A stretch of DNA of 64,000 bases from NCBI GenBank assembly GCA_044229845.1, contig JBGASG010000002.1:192001-256000 (forward strand), given 5' to 3'. The position numbers and the translations under genes are program-made. The stretch comes from Candidatus Obscuribacteraceae bacterium (GTDB lineage: Bacteria > Cyanobacteriota > Vampirovibrionia > Obscuribacterales > Obscuribacteraceae). The notes beneath the pieces are model-generated. The model saw nothing but the letters and a program-made list of their open reading frames with translations, was not told the DNA's origin and ran no database searches. The stretch's first letter is position 1. Each line of letters starts with the position of its first letter. Shown here one piece after another: positions 59,621 through 64,000 of this stretch.

Positions 59621-60322
59621 ATGTTTCGCAGTTTTCTAGTGGCAGGCATTTTGACTACTTCGTTGCTGATGGCTCCAACCGCATTGGCACAAGTTTCGGC
59701 AGACCAGCTGAAGCCAGGTCAGGTGATTTTCTTCAGATATTGCGGTGAGGTCACTGAAGGAAAAATACTGAGCGTCGAATCGAGCCAGGTCAGAATCGAA
59801 GCACCGAATCCACTCACGAAACAGTACGATGGCAGCAATACCAGATATGTGGAACTCTCTGGCGTAATGCTCTCCAAACCCGGCGCCGGCGGTGGTGCCA
59901 CGGCAGGTGGTGGCACTAGCGCATCATCCGGGAGACCAGGCGCCACCGCTGGTAATACTCAGTCAGGCGGTGTTGGACAGCACACCGTGCATACCGCGCA
60001 GCAGCAGCAATCTAAACCAGACGGGGGCACACCGCGCACAGGTCGGTATCACATGTACGGCTTTCCCTCGATGTCCAGTCCCATGCAGCTGGTCGGATGG
60101 TTCGATCTGATGCCGGGGGGAACCTACAAAACCCAAGCAGGCGGCACTGGCACTTACAGATTTGGTGGCGACGGCATCCAATGGTTGAGCGGCCCGTACA
60201 AGGAGCAAGGTTTCCTCGGAATTGTGCGCATCGATCGAGGTGGACTGACCTCGCGCATCACGCTCACGAAGACCGCCGGAGGCAACGATAGAATGGTGGC
60301 TTTCTGTTCCGCGGATAAATAG
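59621..60322 (+). CDS. Secreted protein (Tudor-like N-terminus, Gly linker, beta-rich C-terminus)
   Basis: GGAGG RBS, signal peptide, NPLTKQYDG similar to the upstream gene. Confidence 0.75.
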   Translation: MFRSFLVAGILTTSLLMAPTALAQVSADQLKPGQVIFFRYCGEVTEGKILSVESSQVRIEAPNPLTKQYDGSNTRYVELSGVMLSKPGAGGGATAGGGTSASSGRPGATAGNTQSGGVGQHTVHTAQQQQSKPDGGTPRTGRYHMYGFPSMSSPMQLVGWFDLMPGGTYKTQAGGTGTYRFGGDGIQWLSGPYKEQGFLGIVRIDRGGLTSRITLTKTAGGNDRMVAFCSADK

Positions 60323-60336
60323 CCACCAATCCAGCG

Positions 60337-60984
60337 CTACTTCCGGGAGCCGAAGTCTTTTTGGCGCACGACCTGATCATTAAAGTGAGTTGTGATGTAG
60401 ACCACGGTTCCGGGACGCACCATGCCGTAGAGTTTGGAGATGTCCGAATTGGAGTGACGGACACATCCATGGCTCACATCCTTGCGGATTGATTTGGGAT
60501 CGTTCGTCCCATGCAGCATCAACTCTTCGCGGTCGAGGTAAAGCGCCGCCACGCCGAGTGGGTTTTTGCGATCCTTATTATATGGATGAATTGCCTTCTG
60601 CTTGGGGTCGATAGTTTTGGGTGGAATCCAGGAAGGCCACTTGAGTTTGCGCACTATCGTGTATCGCCCGGGCGGCGTCGGAGTGTCGTCGCTGCCGATC
60701 GAATTGGAAAAACTGTAGGCGCGAACCACCTTGGTCCCCTGCAATTGCAACACGTGAGTGAAGTGCGTGCTCGTATCCACTACCAGCAAAGTCGGCGAAG
60801 TCGAGCGATAGGGCGCAGTCGGCACCGGAGTTTTGATCACGTAATTTCCGTGAATGAAGGGAGCCTTACTAGCGGCTGACGATGCCGCACTGACGGGAAC
60901 GATCACCAGCATCAAAAGTGAGAGCGCCAGGCTGAAGATTTGCACGATTTGCAGCGGCAGTTGACGGTAGTTTTGGAGAAACAC
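60337..60984 (-). CDS. L,D-transpeptidase (YkuD family)
   Basis: PTPPG, NPLG, LHGT, SHGCVR. Confidence 0.92.
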   Translation of the reverse strand: MFLQNYRQLPLQIVQIFSLALSLLMLVIVPVSAASSAASKAPFIHGNYVIKTPVPTAPYRSTSPTLLVVDTSTHFTHVLQLQGTKVVRAYSFSNSIGSDDTPTPPGRYTIVRKLKWPSWIPPKTIDPKQKAIHPYNKDRKNPLGVAALYLDREELMLHGTNDPKSIRKDVSHGCVRHSNSDISKLYGMVRPGTVVYITTHFNDQVVRQKDFGSRK

Positions 60985-61020
60985 GATGTTCGATGCTCCG
61001 TAAGTAGATGTGATGTGATC

Positions 61021-61632
61021 TCAATGCGACGCGGCGCCGGCGGCATAGACCTCATATGGATCTATGTCGAAGGTCTTCCAGCTCTGTTTCTTGGGTCCCA
61101 TGACGCCAATTGAAAAATGCAAGTGAGGAGTGTTGGGCGGCGCGTTGCCGGAGGTTCCGACATAGCCGATCACCTGTCCCTTTTTAACGGCATCGCCGTC
61201 CTTCAGTCCGTTCGCATAACTTTCCAGATGGGCGTAGTAATAAACAAACCTGGTGCTCGGATCGATCTCGTAAATCGTGTGCCCACCCAACCGGCTTTCG
61301 AAAAGGCGAGCGATGGTGCCGTCTTCCACAGCATGGATCGGTGTATTTCGTGGTGACAAGATGTCGACCGCCTTGTGCTGCGACCCGCCATGTGTTTCGT
61401 AAAAGCTGCCCTTCAATCGCTCGACGTCGATTTTTTCGAGCGGCATCAACAGTTTCTTCGCTTTGAGCTCTGAGAGAGCCTGCTGTTTCCCCGCTTCACT
61501 CAGCACCACATCTGGTGCAGAGAATCCGGGCTTGGCAGTAGTCTCACCAAAAGATGACTGCGCAAAACCGACCGTCGCTACCAGTGCAATTGTCAGTGCT
61601 CCAGTTATGCCTGCAACGTGCGCCTTCATCAA
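61021..61632 (-). CDS. M23 family metallopeptidase
   Basis: HKAVD, YYAHL, PHLHF. Confidence 0.92.
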   Translation of the reverse strand: MMKAHVAGITGALTIALVATVGFAQSSFGETTAKPGFSAPDVVLSEAGKQQALSELKAKKLLMPLEKIDVERLKGSFYETHGGSQHKAVDILSPRNTPIHAVEDGTIARLFESRLGGHTIYEIDPSTRFVYYYAHLESYANGLKDGDAVKKGQVIGYVGTSGNAPPNTPHLHFSIGVMGPKKQSWKTFDIDPYEVYAAGAASH

Positions 61633-61787
61633 CCCTCCTGCCCCAGCAACGAAGCCGTCTATCCCTACTTGGAGAACAGACGAGGTTGGTGCGAAATCGG
61701 TTCCGCGGCGGCGGCGGCAACCGCGTTTACCGTGACACTCAGCCGTTCCTGAGGTAATATGGGCTTGATCCAGCTTCAGGTGAGTTC

Positions 61788-62195
61788 ATGAAGCCGTTGC
61801 TAGTGTGGTGCCTGCTCATCTCCCTCGTTTCATTAACTAACGGCGCGCCGGCTGAAGCGAAGCAGCCGACATATCGGGGCGCCCGTTCGACGGTGAAACG
61901 CAGAGCGCCACTGCCTGTGAGTGCGCCAGCACGGTGGACGGGCTGGCAGCGCACCATCAACCCACAGATATACATCCGCTTCGGCAAGTCGGCCGGCGTT
62001 AATCCGCAGTGGCACTGGCAGTTCGCCAACAAAAGCATGAGCGACGTAAAAATCAGCTTCACCCATAACACCGCGCGCCAGATGCTGCCGAAAGCCACGG
62101 TGCTGGTGGCGGGGAACAGCCTCAGCAGTGACCTATGCGACACAAACTTGGATGGCAAGCTGAAGCCGGAAATTAAAATCGAAAGTGTCGAATAA
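61788..62195 (+). CDS. Small secreted hypothetical protein
   Basis: Signal peptide ending AEA, 135 aa. Confidence 0.6.
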   Translation: MKPLLVWCLLISLVSLTNGAPAEAKQPTYRGARSTVKRRAPLPVSAPARWTGWQRTINPQIYIRFGKSAGVNPQWHWQFANKSMSDVKISFTHNTARQMLPKATVLVAGNSLSSDLCDTNLDGKLKPEIKIESVE

Positions 62196-62347
62196 ACGCC
62201 CCAAACAGCGCATCAGTACGCTCTGCGGCTGAGCCAGGCACGTAAAGTTCCGCGTTTAATTCGTTGTTGCCAAGCGCCATTTCCACGCAACCGGCTCGCA
62301 ACCGGCTAGAATTGCAAGATGTCACCTTCCGAGGCAGGTAAAATCCC

Positions 62348-63394
62348 ATGCAATTCCCGAAACGCTCACTGGCGCTTACTATCGGCTTACAGTTCGCCCT
62401 GATGGCGCCTGTCTGCTTTTCGGTCACCGGCGCCGGCGCAGTTGCCGAGGCAGCGCCCCAGCTAATTGCCGACAGCGCCAACGACGATGGTACCAGCCTC
62501 ACTAACGACTACGGAATCAAAAACGTCGGCACCAACGACAAGTCCAACCTGAAGGACGGCGGCAACGTGGCGAAAAACTCCGGTACCGCAGCCGCCACGA
62601 ATGACAAGGCGAACCTCAAAGACGATCAGGGCGTGACCAAAGATGCCGGTTACGCTGCCACCAACGAAAAGTCCAATCTCAAAGACGGTGCGGCACTCAC
62701 TAAAGATGCCGGCTACGCTGCCACCAACGAAAAGTCCAATCTCAAAGACGGCGCGGCACTCACTAAAGATGCCGGCTACGCCGCCACCAACGAAAAGTCC
62801 AATCTCAAAGACGGCGCGGCACTCACTAAAGATGCCGGGTATGCTGCCACCAACGAAAAGTCCAATCTCAAAGACGGCGCCGATGTCACCAAAGGCTGGG
62901 GGCGCGTTAAGACCAACAAAGCTTCCAACCTGAAGGACGATGCCGGTCTCACTAAAGATGCCGGTTACGCCGCCACCAACAACAAGTCCAACTTGAAGGA
63001 TGGTGCTGCTATCATCAAAGATTCGAACGTGGCAGATATCGCCCTCAACAAGAAGTCGAACCTCAAGGATGCCGACAAACTGAGCAAAGAAGCCGGTTAT
63101 GCTGCCACCAACAAGAAGTCCAACCTCAAGGAAGGACAGGGCACGCTCAAGACTCCGGAATACGGACCTGACAGCGAAAGCGGCAGCCTGCAGACCAAAG
63201 ACTTTGGCGGACCGGTCACCAACGATCAATCCAACTTGAAGGACGGTGCCAACGTTGCACAAGACGCCGCCAACAAGGGCACGCTCAAAACCACTGCGGC
63301 GGAAAAGAAAAACATCTCGCGTCCGAATGCCGAAAACAAAGACATCAAACGTCCGGCAGCGGAAACCAAAGACCTGAACACACCGCAAGACTAG
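62348..63394 (+). CDS. Secreted 21-aa tandem repeat protein
   Basis: Signal peptide; ~11 repeats of KDAGYAATNEKSNLKDGAALT-type unit. Confidence 0.85.
   Translation: MQFPKRSLALTIGLQFALMAPVCFSVTGAGAVAEAAPQLIADSANDDGTSLTNDYGIKNVGTNDKSNLKDGGNVAKNSGTAAATNDKANLKDDQGVTKDAGYAATNEKSNLKDGAALTKDAGYAATNEKSNLKDGAALTKDAGYAATNEKSNLKDGAALTKDAGYAATNEKSNLKDGADVTKGWGRVKTNKASNLKDDAGLTKDAGYAATNNKSNLKDGAAIIKDSNVADIALNKKSNLKDADKLSKEAGYAATNKKSNLKEGQGTLKTPEYGPDSESGSLQTKDFGGPVTNDQSNLKDGANVAQDAANKGTLKTTAAEKKNISRPNAENKDIKRPAAETKDLNTPQD
62638..62880 (+). repeat. 63-bp tandem repeat, ~4 near-identical copies in a longer degenerate array
   Basis: AGATGCCGG recurs at 62641, 62704, 62767, 62830. Confidence 0.9.
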
Positions 63395-63409
63395 GAACAG
63401 CGAGTGGGT

Positions 63410-64000
63410 ATGAACTGGCAATCGATATCGCGCTGGGCGGCGACCGTGGCGACAGCAATGACGCTCGCATTCTCTTCGGGCGTTTCGCTGGCGGCTCCGG
63501 CGCCGATGTCGACCGACGTTTCTTTTCAAACAGCCTTCGACCCGCCCGGTTTTGCTTCACAGCAGTTCGTCAAAGTTCTGGAAGAAGCATTTAGAGTGCG
63601 CCTGTCCCAGACAGGCATCTTCGAGCCGCGCAATCAGCATGCCGGGGGCGAGCAGAAGAAGAAAAATAGCGATGCGAAATTGAAAAGCCTCAAGTGCCTG
63701 ATCTCAGGCACGGTCACTGTCGGCACCGACTACTACAAGACTCACGAAGCTGAAAGTCAGGAAGCAGAGCGCAATCCTAAGGTCAAGAAAAAGTCCAGCA
63801 GCAAGAGCCACAGCAGTAAATCGAAGAAAAGTAAGGCGACGGTCAACGAGCCACCGCCCACGGTGCTGGCTATTACGATCGATGCGCGGGTGATCGATCC
63901 GACTACCGGCGAGATACTGTCTGTGGCGAATACGGCGGCGAAGGCTTCGCAGCCGATCAAATTGCCGAGCGAGGACGAAATGAAATCCGAGAATTTCGGA
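63410..64000 (+). CDS. Secreted CsgG/TolB-N-like fold protein (runs off the window end)
   Basis: Hand translation: MNWQSISRWAATVATAM...LISGTVT...ITIDARVIDPTTGEILSVA; no stop before 64000. Confidence 0.65.
   Translation, partial: MNWQSISRWAATVATAMTLAFSSGVSLAAPAPMSTDVSFQTAFDPPGFASQQFVKVLEEAFRVRLSQTGIFEPRNQHAGGEQKKKNSDAKLKSLKCLISGTVTVGTDYYKTHEAESQEAERNPKVKKKSSSKSHSSKSKKSKATVNEPPPTVLAITIDARVIDPTTGEILSVANTAAKASQPIKLPSEDEMKSENFG

Noticed and set aside
62462..63529. 355-aa antisense ORF
   Set aside because: Mirror of the repeat gene on the plus strand

Overview
64-kb window of a bacterial chromosome with about 57 genes. Gene content (secreted TPR-caspases, a Ser/Thr kinase-TPR protein, Clp-N fusions, many secreted orphan proteins, no photosynthesis genes in the window) suggests a non-photosynthetic cyanobacterial relative such as Melainabacteria/Obscuribacterales; this is inference, not a database result. 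The main highlight is a Kai cluster at 2.8-7.3 kb: REC-HPt regulator, two KaiB-like genes, a KaiA3-like gene with an apparently degenerate receiver domain, and a double-domain KaiC. It is bracketed by an intact small regulator gene and an internally deleted copy of it. Other notable items: a ShosTA-like PRTase+DprA defence pair; a Clp-N::PemK/MazF fusion; a LON-N::SUFU-like fusion; a degenerate Hsp70 nucleotide-binding domain; a ~175-nt structured RNA candidate at 29.7 kb; an atypical tRNA-Glu/tRNA-Asp pair preceded by a promoter, hairpin and 34-aa ORF; several clustered palindrome arrays; and a secreted 21-aa-repeat protein next to a CsgG-like gene. No CRISPR array, integrase or transposase was seen. 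Family calls come from motif recognition by eye.
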